Origin: an uncultured Christensenellaceae bacterium
GTDB taxonomy: Bacteria > Bacillota > Clostridia > Christensenellales > UBA3700
Length of the DNA stretch: 64,000 nucleotides
Direction of reading: 5' to 3'
Assembly (NCBI GenBank): GCA_910587685.1
Contig: CAJUMY010000006.1
Coordinates: forward strand, 13,251-77,250
Shown here: in pieces, positions 9,109 through 19,278 of the stretch
Numbering within the stretch: position 1 is the first letter of the stretch
Layout: each line of letters begins with the position of its first letter
Program-made: the position numbers and the translations under genes
The notes under the pieces: generated by a model
Seen by the model: the letters and a program-made list of their open reading frames with translations, nothing else
The model's database searches: none
Told to the model about the DNA's origin: nothing

Positions 9109-10617
9109 TTATTTTCTGTTACGCCCGTAAAGATTATTCATTTCGAGATAGTATCTCATATCTACCTCTCTCATACAGTCCTCCGTAGTTCTGAAACGCC
9201 AGTTTTCTTCGGCGACCCCGGGTATATTCATTCTCGTATCGCTGCCGTAACCGCAAAGATCCTGATACGGCGCTATCGCGAGTACGGCGCTCGACTCTAT
9301 AAGTTTGCGAATAACGGCGTGAACGCTTTTAGAACGATACCCGCCCTCCGACCAGTCGCGGGGGTCGAGTCCTACGTATCTCATAGTATAGCTTCTTATA
9401 TCTTCATTAAGCTCGTACAGCCAGCCGAACGTCGTATTATTGTCGTGCGTCGCGGTGTACGCTATGGAATTTATAGGGAAATTATGCGGAAGGTGTATAC
9501 TGTCGCCGTCGGAGAATCCGAACTGCATTACCCGCATACCCGGGAACCCCGTGTAAGCGAGCAATTCCCTTACGCCGTCGTCTATTATGCCAAGGTCTTC
9601 CGCGATTATTTTAGCGTCTTTGAACTTCTCCTTGACGATATCGAAAAGCTCTCTTCCGATACCCTCTTTCCACTCGCCCTCTTTTGCGGTCTTGCTTCCT
9701 CTCGGCACGCTCCAATATCTGTCGAACGCCCTGAAGTGGTCAATACGCAGCGCGTCGTACAGGTCGAACATTCTGTCGAATCTTTCTATCCACCAAGCGT
9801 ATCCGCTGCTCTTCATATATTCGTTATCATATAAAGGATTGCCCCAAAGCTGTCCGTCCTCCGAGAAATAATCCGGCGGCACTCCGGCGACGCCGCTAGG
9901 CATCGAATCTTCGTCTAGCAAGAACATCTTTTGATTCGCCCACACGTCCGCCGAGTCGTGACTGACGTATATGGGCATATCTCCGATAATGCTCGTTCCC
10001 TTTTTATTCAGCTTCTCTTTGAGCGTCTTCCACTGCGCCTCGAATATGTACTGTTCGAACAGATAATACTCATATGTATCGGCATTTTCGCCTATGACTT
10101 CGGCAACGGCTTCTCTGTCGCGATTTTTCAGACTGCTGTCCCATTCCCACCAAGGCTTGCCGCCGTTTATTTCCTTCACCGTCATATATTCGGCGTATTC
10201 GCCGAGCCAACGGTTATCTCTTGCAAACTTTTCTATCTCCTGTACGTACTTGATGCGTCCGATTTCAAACGCTTTTTTCATTATACCTCTACGAACGCCG
10301 TATTCGCGGGCGTAGTCGACGGTATATTTACTGCCGCTATACGCGGTATTATCGGCGTCTTCTTTCGAAACTAGCCCTCTCGCCGCAAGATCGTCTGCGT
10401 CTATATACAGATAATTGCCCGCAAACGCGCTAACGCTCGAATACGGGGAATTGCCAAGACCTATCGCCGTTATCGGCAATACCTGCCAATAGTGAAATCC
10501 GCCGCTCAGTATAAAGTCCGCGAATTCCTCAGCCTCTTTCGAAAACACTCCTATTCCGTATTTACCGGGAAGCGAAGAAATATTCATAAGAACGCCGCTC
10601 GAACGATTAAAATTCAT
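9109..10617 (-). CDS. malQ: 4-alpha-glucanotransferase (amylomaltase, GH77)
   Basis: RSSGVLMNISSLPGKYGIGVFSKEAEEFADFI...YWQVLP, and LRIDHFRAF later in the protein. Start moved to the ATG at 10617, 6 nt after AGGAG, because the TTG at 10623 abuts the SD. Confidence 0.9.
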   Translation of the reverse strand: MNFNRSSGVLMNISSLPGKYGIGVFSKEAEEFADFILSGGFHYWQVLPITAIGLGNSPYSSVSAFAGNYLYIDADDLAARGLVSKEDADNTAYSGSKYTVDYAREYGVRRGIMKKAFEIGRIKYVQEIEKFARDNRWLGEYAEYMTVKEINGGKPWWEWDSSLKNRDREAVAEVIGENADTYEYYLFEQYIFEAQWKTLKEKLNKKGTSIIGDMPIYVSHDSADVWANQKMFLLDEDSMPSGVAGVPPDYFSEDGQLWGNPLYDNEYMKSSGYAWWIERFDRMFDLYDALRIDHFRAFDRYWSVPRGSKTAKEGEWKEGIGRELFDIVKEKFKDAKIIAEDLGIIDDGVRELLAYTGFPGMRVMQFGFSDGDSIHLPHNFPINSIAYTATHDNNTTFGWLYELNEDIRSYTMRYVGLDPRDWSEGGYRSKSVHAVIRKLIESSAVLAIAPYQDLCGYGSDTRMNIPGVAEENWRFRTTEDCMREVDMRYYLEMNNLYGRNRK

Positions 10618-10961
10618 AATCAACTCCTGAATCTATTTAATATATTTTCAATTATACAATACTTTTTGCTCATTTTCAATAGCGAATCGAACTTTTTTTA
10701 CGTGTTAAATACGCATTTAGTTCAACCGTGAATACCACTTAGAAAAAGCTATAACTCATCCAAAACGTCAATATGCGGATCATATCAAATAATTTTTACG
10801 TTATGCGTTCATACGGCGAGTTCTTAACTGCGTTCGCTTGACCCTTTTTCGTTTTATCAAAGATCCGCCGCTTAAAATAACGCCAATATATTATAACAGG
10901 TAAATATTATATATTTTTTCCGCCTCATTGAGTGGAAATTTTTCATACTATATGATACAAT

Positions 10962-11032
10962 TAACCGGTAAGGATCATTCCGTCGAAATTTGTCATTATT
11001 GCTCGCAATGAGCATAAAATATAACCGGTAAG
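10962..11032. repeat. Two exact 11-nt direct repeats (TAACCGGTAAG) 60 nt apart, upstream of the GH95 gene
   Basis: The copies lie at 10962-10972 and 11022-11032. The second ends 17 nt before the GH95 ATG. A small palindrome TGCTCGCAATGAGCA lies between them. Confidence 0.35.
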
Positions 11033-11049
11033 CAAAAAAGGGATCAAAT

Positions 11050-13380
11050 ATGAAAAACGATGAACTAATGAAACAGGTAGATTGTCTTTGCAGCGTCAGT
11101 TACGCAAAAGATTGGATAGAATCGTTTCCTCTCGGGAACGGTCGTATCGGCGTAATGGACAACGGTAATCCGCACGAGAGCGTAATTACCCTAAACGACG
11201 ATACCCTTTGGTCAGGTTATAACGAAGATAAGAACAAAGATACCGACGAAAACATACTCAATGATATAAGAACCGCTCTTGATAAGCACGACTTCGCTCT
11301 TGCGGAGACTCTTATACACGACAATATATTATCAGACTGGCACGACAGCTACCTGCCGCTTTGTAACGTACGCATAAAAAGAGAGCTCGGAAAGGACTCC
11401 GTCAACGACTATATGCGTATGCTCGATATGTCGAAAGCGCTACAGGAGATAAGTTTCCACGTAGACAATATCGCGTATAAGCGCACTTCATTCGTCAGCT
11501 ACGTAGACAAAGCATTCGTTATGAATATCACTACGAGCGCAAAAGACACGACCGAGATAACCGTAGACTCGCCTCTTGCTCTAAGTATAGAAACTTCGCT
11601 GAAAGAAAAGAGCGTCTCCGTGTTCGGAAAAGCTCCATCGAGAGTAGCTCCTAAAAACCATGACGAACCCGTCCCGATCATCTACGAAAACGATAAAAAG
11701 ACCATTTCCGTATATGCTTCTCTGACGCTCAGGACCGACGGAGTACTCGAAGAAATAAACAGCGGATTTAAGGTGATCGACTATACATATATTAGGCTAT
11801 ATTACTCTTCCGCCACGGATTTCGATATGAGCGTAACGCCTGAGAATTACGTTCGCGACGTAATAGCGAAGGTATCGGGCGCAAAGTACGACAGACTGCT
11901 TTCATCGCACGTTGTAGACTTTTCAAAACTCTATAAAAAGTGTTCAATCAAGCTCGACTATAAGCGTAACGGCGGTATTATAACGACGGAAAACCTGCTG
12001 AGGAGATTCGCTTCCGACGACAGCTATCTCGAAGCCGTCGTCAACCTATTCAATCTCGGGCGTTATCTTGCGATATCCGCGTCGAGAAAAGGCACTCAGC
12101 CAATGAATCTGCAAGGCATATGGAACAACGAGCTTAGAGCTCCGTGGTGCTCGAACTATACTCTCAACATCAATACAGAGATGAACTATTTCGGATTGGA
12201 CGCCGTGGGACTCGGCGAATGTCAGGAGCCTCTTTTCGAATTCATAAAACGTCTTTCCGTCAACGGACGCGAGACAGCCAAGCGTACTTTCCACTGCGGT
12301 GGATGGGTGTCGGGACATAACAGCGACATATGGGCGCACAGTTCGCTCGTAGGAGGCAACAACACCCCGACGTCGTCGTGCATATACGGATTCAACGTCT
12401 CGTCGAGCGGTTGGCTCGCATTGCAGCTTTTTGAGCACTTCGAATTCACGGAAGATATGCAATTCCTCGACGGTTTCGCATATCCGATAATGAAGGAAGC
12501 CGCAAGATTCTATCTCGACTATCTCTATAAGGACAGCGATACGGGATATCTCGTTCCGTCGCCGTCAACGTCGCCGGAGAATAGCTTCCGCATAAAGTTC
12601 AAAACTTACTCCGTAAACAAGGCGTCGACTATGGACGTCGCCGTCATTAAGACGCTCTTCAAACGTATGCTCGTCGCAAGCGAAATACTAAAAGACGACT
12701 CCCCTATCATAAAGGAAATAGAAAACGCGATAAAGGAGCTTCCGCCATATCGCGTTGGAAAAAGAGGAGAACTGCTCGAATGGTTCGGCAATATGAAAGA
12801 AACCGACGTTCATCACAGACATATGTCTCATCTCTTTGCATTGCACCCATCTAACGAGATAACTCCTACAAAGTCCGCGGAACTTGCAAAAGCGTGCGCC
12901 GTCTCTCTTTCAAAAAGAGGACTTTCGGGAACGGGCTGGAGCATTGCGGAAAAAATAAATCTTTACGCAAGGCTCAAAGACGGCAATACCGCCTTTGAAC
13001 TCATCAAAAAGCAGCTCACCTTGCTCCCTCCCTCTACAAAGCCGAATATGACGCGCGGCGGTTCCTATCCGAATATGCTGTGCGCTCATCCGCCTTTCCA
13101 AATCGACGGCAATATGGGAGCTATGGCAGGAATTGCGGAAATGCTCATTCAAAGCCACGACAACTGCGTTGAATTCCTTCCCGCTCTTCCCGAAAAATGG
13201 ACAAACGGCTCTTTCAACGGACTTGCCGCGAGGGGCGGATATACCGTCAACCTCGTTTGGGAAGACCACAAAGTCAAGGAGTTTACAGTCCTTTCAAAAT
13301 ACAGAAAGGACGTCAGCGTAAAAATCGGAAACAGTTACGAAGTATTCCGCACGAACGAACTCATCAAACTCGGAGAATAA
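11050..13380 (+). CDS. Glycoside hydrolase family 95 (alpha-L-fucosidase-like)
   Basis: N-terminal W.ESFPLGNGRIGVM..G......LNDDTLWSG signature, 776 aa, followed by an (alpha/alpha)6-type catalytic region (QGIWN...W..NYTLNINTEMNY). Confidence 0.8.
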   Translation: MKNDELMKQVDCLCSVSYAKDWIESFPLGNGRIGVMDNGNPHESVITLNDDTLWSGYNEDKNKDTDENILNDIRTALDKHDFALAETLIHDNILSDWHDSYLPLCNVRIKRELGKDSVNDYMRMLDMSKALQEISFHVDNIAYKRTSFVSYVDKAFVMNITTSAKDTTEITVDSPLALSIETSLKEKSVSVFGKAPSRVAPKNHDEPVPIIYENDKKTISVYASLTLRTDGVLEEINSGFKVIDYTYIRLYYSSATDFDMSVTPENYVRDVIAKVSGAKYDRLLSSHVVDFSKLYKKCSIKLDYKRNGGIITTENLLRRFASDDSYLEAVVNLFNLGRYLAISASRKGTQPMNLQGIWNNELRAPWCSNYTLNINTEMNYFGLDAVGLGECQEPLFEFIKRLSVNGRETAKRTFHCGGWVSGHNSDIWAHSSLVGGNNTPTSSCIYGFNVSSSGWLALQLFEHFEFTEDMQFLDGFAYPIMKEAARFYLDYLYKDSDTGYLVPSPSTSPENSFRIKFKTYSVNKASTMDVAVIKTLFKRMLVASEILKDDSPIIKEIENAIKELPPYRVGKRGELLEWFGNMKETDVHHRHMSHLFALHPSNEITPTKSAELAKACAVSLSKRGLSGTGWSIAEKINLYARLKDGNTAFELIKKQLTLLPPSTKPNMTRGGSYPNMLCAHPPFQIDGNMGAMAGIAEMLIQSHDNCVEFLPALPEKWTNGSFNGLAARGGYTVNLVWEDHKVKEFTVLSKYRKDVSVKIGNSYEVFRTNELIKLGE

Positions 13381-13476
13381 CGAAAAGTCTTTAATGAATA
13401 CTATAGAACAAAAAAAGACGCCGATTACCGTAGTTCCCATAGGGAATTTTACCACAGGAACAGAATGTAAGTATAG

Positions 13477-13512
13477 CGCACTATACCTTGCAAGAAAGGT
13501 GAGTGCGTTTTT
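13477..13512 (+). terminator. Probable terminator of the GH95 gene
   Basis: Stem CGCACT..ACC / GGT.AGTGCG (6 + 3 bp with an internal loop) followed by TTTTT at 13508-13512. Confidence 0.45.
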
Positions 13513-13583
13513 ACTTTACCTTTTGATTTTGTCGTTGTATAATAATAGAGCGATAAACAGTAATTTAGCGGAGAGTAGATAAA

Positions 13584-14069
13584 ATGAAAAAAAATATCAT
13601 AATCGTTTTGATTTGCTTAATTGTGTGCGTAACAATAGGATTGACGGGATGCGGAAATGAATTTGCAAAACAAGAATATAATGATGCCGAAAAAATTGCG
13701 CAAATCGAAGATCGTTATGCAAAAGACAATTCGTTTTCTAACCACATAGACGGCGGATACACTCTTACGGTTTCAAAATTCAACGGACGGCAAACTCTAT
13801 GGAATAAAACTCTCGAAAAGAGTGCAGAGATAGAAATACAACTTGATTTGAGTATTTCAAGCGGTAGCGCGAAAATCGTATATATCGATTGCAATAATAA
13901 CGTAACCGTTTTAATAGAATGCTCGCAAAACGATTCCAATGAGCAAACGGCGACAAAAACCGTTTCTTTAACAAGCGGATTAAACCGATTGAAGATTGTC
14001 GGATACGATTGCAAAGACATAGACTTGAAAATATTATTTGACGAGCCACATATCGATAGCAACAAATAA
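13584..14069 (+). CDS. Hypothetical lipoprotein
   Basis: Signal peptide with lipobox MKKNIIIVLICLIVCVTIGLTGC. No recognisable domain. Confidence 0.6.
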   Translation: MKKNIIIVLICLIVCVTIGLTGCGNEFAKQEYNDAEKIAQIEDRYAKDNSFSNHIDGGYTLTVSKFNGRQTLWNKTLEKSAEIEIQLDLSISSGSAKIVYIDCNNNVTVLIECSQNDSNEQTATKTVSLTSGLNRLKIVGYDCKDIDLKILFDEPHIDSNK

Positions 14070-14092
14070 ATTACAAATTATCATCAATTATA

Positions 14093-14124
14093 AAAAGCGC
14101 AGATTTTTAAATTCTTCGCTTTTT
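14093..14124. terminator. Bidirectional terminator between the convergent lipoprotein gene and fprA
   Basis: AAAAGCGCAGA / TCTTCGCTTTT stem (10 of 11 bp) with a 9-nt loop. The A and T runs form part of the stem arms. Confidence 0.5.
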
Positions 14125-14211
14125 ATATTCCCTACGGGAAGTACGCTTTGCGGCGTCCTTTTTAATTGTTTAGTATTGTCAGAATAAGACTCTTTCTACC
14201 GTCGCTACTCG

Positions 14212-15390
14212 TCAAATCAGCGTATCGCCGAGCGCGCCGGCTATCTTTTCTCTCACGCTATCAAGCGTTTCCTTATCGGGACGGTACTGCACTCTTATCA
14301 TATCGGCAAATCTCGTAAGTTTCATCTCCTCGAGACATCTGTCGACGAGCGCTATGCTCTGTCCTCCCCAACCGTAACTGCCGAAAGCGACGTATTTTTT
14401 ATTCTTCAACGTCAGTCCCTGCATATAAGTCAAGAACTTAGCGACGTTAGGCATCATCGTATTGTTCAGAGTCGGACTTCCGACTGCGATATATTTTGAT
14501 TTCATAACGTCGACGATGATATTCGATTCATGATTTATCTTGAGGTCGAAAAGTTTTACTTTTATTCCCTTCCTCTCAAAGCCGTCGGCTATCGCCTTCG
14601 CTATCTTTTCGGTCGACTTCCACATAGTGTCGTATACGACGACCGCGCGATCAGTCAACGTCTCTTCTGACATTTCCTTGTACTTAGCTATTATCTTATC
14701 CACTTTATCGCGCCATATAACGCCGTGGCTCGGAGCTATCATGGATATATCGAGAGTATCAACTATCTTCATAACTCCGCGCACCTGCTGAGAATAAGGC
14801 TGAACGATATTCGCATAGTATTTCTCTACCTCGTAGAATAATATGCTTTCGTCGAGTCCCGTATCGAATCTTTCGAGCGTCGCGTAATGTTCGCCGAACG
14901 CGTCGTTACTGAAGAGTATCTTCTCCTCGGCAAGATAAGTCACCATATTGTCAGGCCAGTGCACCATAGGCGTGGTCACGAAATTGAAAGTATATCTTCC
15001 CGTTGAAAAACTTTCGCCCGATCTCATCGGTTTCGTATTCATATCGCCGTAATACATCCTGAGTCCCTTATCTCCGCTTGGGAACGACGTGAGGACGGTT
15101 ACGTCGGGATTCAACTTGATCATCTCGGGAATAGCGCCGCTGTGATCCGGCTCAACGTGATTCGAAATGATATACTCTATCTTATCAACGGGAACGACGG
15201 ACTCTATTCTCTCTATCATCTCGGACGCAAATTCCGCCTTTACGGTATCTATGAGCGTGATATGCTCGTCGATGATAAGATAAGCGTTGTACGTGCTTCC
15301 CCTACCCGTTTCGTAACCGTGGAAATTCCTAAGATTCCAGTCGATAGCTCCTACCCAATATATATTATCTCTCAACTTTACAGCCTGCAT
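14212..15390 (-). CDS. fprA: FprA-family flavodiiron protein (O2/NO reductase)
   Basis: N-terminus VKLRDNIYWVGAIDWNLRNFHGYET.RGSTYNAYLI, the di-iron motif SNHVEPDHSG, and a C-terminal flavodoxin-like domain (VVVYDTMWKSTEKIAKAIADG). Confidence 0.9.
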   Translation of the reverse strand: MQAVKLRDNIYWVGAIDWNLRNFHGYETGRGSTYNAYLIIDEHITLIDTVKAEFASEMIERIESVVPVDKIEYIISNHVEPDHSGAIPEMIKLNPDVTVLTSFPSGDKGLRMYYGDMNTKPMRSGESFSTGRYTFNFVTTPMVHWPDNMVTYLAEEKILFSNDAFGEHYATLERFDTGLDESILFYEVEKYYANIVQPYSQQVRGVMKIVDTLDISMIAPSHGVIWRDKVDKIIAKYKEMSEETLTDRAVVVYDTMWKSTEKIAKAIADGFERKGIKVKLFDLKINHESNIIVDVMKSKYIAVGSPTLNNTMMPNVAKFLTYMQGLTLKNKKYVAFGSYGWGGQSIALVDRCLEEMKLTRFADMIRVQYRPDKETLDSVREKIAGALGDTLI

Positions 15391-15539
15391 ATTATTCGTC
15401 TCCTATTAAGATAAGTGGATTTGATTATTCTGTCATTATTTTTATGTCTTTTATATACGTATATTATAACCAAAAGGAGAAAAAAAGAAAATTGATTTGA
15501 AGCCGCTTTTACAAATTTTTCCATTTTTATTCGCCTTGC

Positions 15540-15568
15540 TTGACAATCTCCTTAGACTTAACTAAAAT
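15540..15568 (+). promoter_or_regulatory. Sigma-A type promoter upstream of the amidohydrolase gene
   Basis: TTGACA (15540-15545), exact 17-nt spacer, TAAAAT (15563-15568), 18 nt before the ATG region. Confidence 0.5.
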
Positions 15569-15586
15569 TGTTGAGAGGTAAATAGT

Positions 15587-16384
15587 ATGTATAGCGGTAA
15601 AATAATAGACTTCCACGCCCATATTTTTCCCGACAAGATAGCTAAGAAGGCTACGGAAAATATCGGACGTTTTTACGGAATAGAAATGAGCGGCAACGGC
15701 AGCGTCAACGCGTTACTTCGATCGGCGTCGGCATTTAACGTCGAAAAATTCATAGTGCACTCAACTGCAACGACGCACCGTCAAGTGAACGCGATAAACG
15801 ACTTCATATTCGACGAAATATCGAAAGAATCCCGTTTCATAGGATTCATGACGCTGCATCCCGATATGACGAAAGAAGAAATAGACGAAACGGTAGATCT
15901 TAATATCGCTCGCGGTATGAAAGGGATAAAACTCCATCCCGACTTCCAAAAATTTCACGTCGACGATAAAAACGCGTATAAAATATACGAATCGGCAGAG
16001 GGCAAGCTCCCCATTCTTTTCCATGCCGGAGACAGTCGCTACGACTTCAGCGAACCGAAGAGGATAGCGTCGGTGGCTCGCGACTTTCCCTCTCTTACTA
16101 TCGTTGCCGCGCATCTCGGAGGATACTCCAGATGGAACGAAGTGAGCGTATACGAAGGTCTCGATAACGTGTATTTCGACTCGAGCTCGTCAAGCTACTA
16201 CGTAAAGCCCGAAGAAAACGCCGCGATAATAAAGACTCTCGGAATAGATAACGTGTTCTTCGGCACGGATTTTCCGATGTGGGATTTTGAAGGAGAGCTA
16301 AAACGCATATCTTCTCTTCCTCTTACCGACGGCGAACTGGAAAAGATCTTCTATAAGAACGCGGAAAAATTTTTGGATATTTAA
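15587..16384 (+). CDS. Amidohydrolase-family metal-dependent hydrolase (TIM barrel)
   Basis: IIDFHAHIFPDKI at the N-terminus, HPDFQKF, AAHLGG and FGTDFPMWD, the typical metal-ligand pattern of amidohydrolase_2-like proteins. Confidence 0.7.
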   Translation: MYSGKIIDFHAHIFPDKIAKKATENIGRFYGIEMSGNGSVNALLRSASAFNVEKFIVHSTATTHRQVNAINDFIFDEISKESRFIGFMTLHPDMTKEEIDETVDLNIARGMKGIKLHPDFQKFHVDDKNAYKIYESAEGKLPILFHAGDSRYDFSEPKRIASVARDFPSLTIVAAHLGGYSRWNEVSVYEGLDNVYFDSSSSSYYVKPEENAAIIKTLGIDNVFFGTDFPMWDFEGELKRISSLPLTDGELEKIFYKNAEKFLDI

Positions 16385-16538
16385 CGAATATCATATTTGA
16401 TAGAAGCGTTATTGCCAAACTTCGGCGTTAATAAAATTATACGGAAAAGTTTTCTTTTTGAAAGCTAAAACTTTGATTTTCAAACGGTTTTTGAAATATA
16501 ACTATCGCTATTATAAATAGTCATTACCAATAAAAAAA

Positions 16539-16561
16539 CGCCTTCGGTATTTCCGAAGGCG
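16539..16561 (-). terminator. Terminator of the rplU-prp-rpmA operon
   Basis: Perfect 9-bp stem CGCCTTCGG / CCGAAGGCG with a 5-nt loop. The A7 run at 16532-16538 gives a T-run on the minus strand. Confidence 0.7.
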
Positions 16562-16596
16562 ACTTTATTTACATACGATGAAGTAAAACGACGCTA

Positions 16597-16872
16597 TCAC
16601 TCAGCGTATACGCTGACCTGCTTATCGTTCTTACCCTTTCTCTCGAATCTTACAACACCGCTGACAAGAGCGAACAATGTGTCGTCTTTACCGATCCCTA
16701 CATTGTTGCCGGGGTGTATCTTGGTACCTCTCTGTCTTACAAGGATATTACCTGCAAGAACAGCCTGACCGTCGGCTCTCTTGACGCCGAGACGCTTTGC
16801 CTCGGAATCTCTACCGTTCCTCGAGCTACCTACACCTTTCTTGTGGGCGAATAACTGTATATTAATAAACAT
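16597..16872 (-). CDS. rpmA: 50S ribosomal protein L27 with a cleavable N-terminal extension
   Basis: [31 protein letters not shown]. The extension before AHKKG is the Prp substrate typical of Firmicutes. Confidence 0.95.
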   Translation of the reverse strand: MFINIQLFAHKKGVGSSRNGRDSEAKRLGVKRADGQAVLAGNILVRQRGTKIHPGNNVGIGKDDTLFALVSGVVRFERKGKNDKQVSVYAE

Positions 16873-16873
16873 A

Positions 16874-17197
16874 TTACTTAACCTCCAATTTAATGTACTG
16901 TGATAAGCCTTGGCTTAGGTCCTTTATTCCCTCTAACATAGTGTCAAGGATGATGTCTGCCTTTGCTCTCTTTTCTCCGTCGACCCCGCTTGGGATCTCG
17001 AACTTCAAGTAACCGTCCTTCCTCTCGTACGGAACTTCTATTCCCGCAACATTCAAAAGTCCTAAGAGCGCCGTCTGCAGAACAGACGAAACCGCAGCGC
17101 ATACTATATCGTAACCTTCTTCCGCATAGCCTGTATGTCCTATGCTTTCAACCAAGACAATGCTGTTGTCCCTCTTTGCGATAACGATATCAGTCAT
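16874..17197 (-). CDS. prp: Ribosomal-processing cysteine protease Prp
   Basis: 107 aa, located between rplU and rpmA, with [18 protein letters not shown] containing the catalytic His/Cys pattern. Confidence 0.85.
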   Translation of the reverse strand: MTDIVIAKRDNSIVLVESIGHTGYAEEGYDIVCAAVSSVLQTALLGLLNVAGIEVPYERKDGYLKFEIPSGVDGEKRAKADIILDTMLEGIKDLSQGLSQYIKLEVK

Positions 17198-17200
17198 CCG

Positions 17201-17506
17201 TTAAGCCTCGATGCCGACGATCTTAAGCGCCGTAAACGGCTGTCTATGACCTTGACGCTTTCTTTCGTTCTTTTTGGACTTATACTTGAATACGATTATC
17301 TTCTTTGCCTTGGCATGCTCGATGACCTGAGCTTTTACCTTAGCAGACTTAGCAGCGTCGCCGCAGATGATCTCGCCGTCCTTGTTGACCATAAGAACGT
17401 CAAGCGTGATCTCGCTGTTGACCTCAGCGTCGAGCTTCTCGACCTTGATAACGGCGTCGTTCTCGACCTTGTACTGCTTGCCTCCGGTAGTCACTATAGC
17501 GTACAT
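17201..17506 (-). CDS. rplU: 50S ribosomal protein L21
   Basis: [14 protein letters not shown]... Start moved to the ATG at 17506, preceded by GGAGG plus a 6-nt spacer. Confidence 0.95.
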   Translation of the reverse strand: MYAIVTTGGKQYKVENDAVIKVEKLDAEVNSEITLDVLMVNKDGEIICGDAAKSAKVKAQVIEHAKAKKIIVFKYKSKKNERKRQGHRQPFTALKIVGIEA

Positions 17507-17585
17507 ATTATACCTCCTCTCTCCAGTCTCGCTGTTAAGGCGCGCGATAAGCGGCTTTTCTACCTTTTCCATGCGGCTCCTAACT

Positions 17586-17614
17586 AATCTATCACAATCA
17601 AAACGTTATGTCAA
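17586..17614 (-). promoter_or_regulatory. Sigma-A type promoter of rplU-prp-rpmA, followed by a leader of about 75 nt
   Basis: On the minus strand: TTGACA (17614-17609), 17-nt spacer, TAGATT (17591-17586). The leader at 17507-17580 is where an L21-leader-type autoregulatory RNA would sit, but I could not confirm its fold. Confidence 0.4.
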
Positions 17615-17781
17615 CTCATTTTAACGTCAAAATAAGCATTTTTAACAAAAAAACACTTTTACGACCAAAACTTTTGCGAAAAAACTCGTTATCTAAACAG
17701 CTTTTTCTCTCGCAAAATCAGCAGTTTCTTCCGCTGCGCAGACACTCGTCAAATATCGCCGCAAGAGCGAGCGTTGGTATA

Positions 17782-19278
17782 TCAATACAGAAGTTTTGCG
17801 CTGTCGGGCAACGAAAGTATCATATTCCTCTCGGGATCGAGTTTGAACTTTTCAATATGCATCATTTGATCGGCTATAACGTATATCCTCTTACCTTTCC
17901 AGTCCGTAGCGCACTCCTTTGCAAGGTATCTGAGCGCGAACATCTTGCTGAACACCTGCGGATTCACTGTAAGTCTGACCGCGGGAGGATCCGCCGTGTT
18001 GAACAGCTCGACGAGCGCGTCTCTTATCTTCACTATGACGTGATCGTCGGAATATACGTACGCGTCGCCGTTACAATACGGACACGTCTGAAGCATAACG
18101 CTCTCGAGCATGCTCCTCGTCTTCTTTCTCGTGAGCTCGACGAGTCCGAGATGAGTCATTCCCATGACGGTCGTCTTGATCCTATCCTTTTTGAGATGCG
18201 TAGAAAGAGCTTCGAGCACCTTCTGCCGATGCTCTTCATTGTCCATATCTATGAAGTCGACGACGATTATTCCGCCGATATTGCGAAGTCTCAACTGTTT
18301 CGCTATCTCTTCCGTCGCTATCATATTCGTCTTGAAGACCGTCTCTTCGAGATTTTTGTCTCCAACGTACTTTCCAGTATTAACGTCTATGACGGTGAGA
18401 GCTTCCGTTCTGTCTATGATTATATACGCTCCGTTCTTTAAGACTACTTTACGTTTTAGCAGTTTATCTATCTGCGTATCGAGTCCGTAAAAAGATATTA
18501 TGTTCTCATTGCCCGTATAGAGTTCGAAAAGGTCGGGATTCTTATCAGTCAGGAACGGGAAGGCGTCTTTCAACCTGTCGTATACCGATTCGTTATCTAC
18601 TATCACCCTGTCGACGTCGCCGCGGAGCATATCCCTCACGGAACGTTCGATGAGCTCCTCTTCCTTATAAACGAGAGAATACGGCTCGGCGTAAAGATAA
18701 TCTTTCTTTATCTTTTTATACTTGTCGACGAGCTCTTCCATCTCGAGCTTTATCTCTTCGAGCGAGGAATGTTCCGCTTCGGTTCTAAGAATAAAACCGT
18801 AACCGTTCGGCTTTATCGACTCCACGTAATCGGCGAGCTCCTTCCTCTTTTCTTCGCATACTATCTTTTTTGAAACTCCGACGTAATCGAGATTGGGCAT
18901 CATGACGACGACGCGGCCGGGCAAAGATATATTCATCGTTATTCTTGCGCCCTTCGTGCCGAACTCGTCCTTGACGACCTGACAAAGCACGCTGTCTCCC
19001 GCCTTTAGTTTCAGCTTACGCTCTTCGACCATTCCGTCCGCTAACTCGCTGGTATCGACGAGAGTATCTCCGGAAAACAAAAACGCGTTCCTTTCAAGTC
19101 CGATATCAACGAACGCCGCCTGCATGCCCTTAAGCACGTTGACGACTTTTCCCTTATAAATGTTGCCGACGAGTTTATTCTGATTGCATCTTTCTACCCA
19201 GAATTCCACGAGTTCGCCGTTCTCTACGACACACACTTTAGTACCTATAAGATGTTCGTTGATCAATATCTGTTTCAT
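17782..19278 (-). CDS. rng: Rne/Rng-family ribonuclease (RNase G-like)
   Basis: N-terminal S1 domain (GNIYKGKVVNVLKGMQAAFVDIGLERNAFL), the catalytic core ALTVIDVNTGKYVG, and the Zn-link CPYCNG. Confidence 0.85.
   Translation of the reverse strand: MKQILINEHLIGTKVCVVENGELVEFWVERCNQNKLVGNIYKGKVVNVLKGMQAAFVDIGLERNAFLFSGDTLVDTSELADGMVEERKLKLKAGDSVLCQVVKDEFGTKGARITMNISLPGRVVVMMPNLDYVGVSKKIVCEEKRKELADYVESIKPNGYGFILRTEAEHSSLEEIKLEMEELVDKYKKIKKDYLYAEPYSLVYKEEELIERSVRDMLRGDVDRVIVDNESVYDRLKDAFPFLTDKNPDLFELYTGNENIISFYGLDTQIDKLLKRKVVLKNGAYIIIDRTEALTVIDVNTGKYVGDKNLEETVFKTNMIATEEIAKQLRLRNIGGIIVVDFIDMDNEEHRQKVLEALSTHLKKDRIKTTVMGMTHLGLVELTRKKTRSMLESVMLQTCPYCNGDAYVYSDDHVIVKIRDALVELFNTADPPAVRLTVNPQVFSKMFALRYLAKECATDWKGKRIYVIADQMMHIEKFKLDPERNMILSLPDSAKLLY

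Noticed and set aside
13394-13582. 62-aa ORF between the GH95 gene and the lipoprotein gene.
   Set aside because: It has no SD, it spans the predicted GH95 terminator hairpin, and its sequence has no features.
17507-17580. L21-leader autoregulatory RNA upstream of rplU.
   Set aside because: The position is right and a leader of about 75 nt exists. I could not fold it by eye into a convincing conserved structure, so it is only noted under the promoter feature and needs a covariance-model scan.
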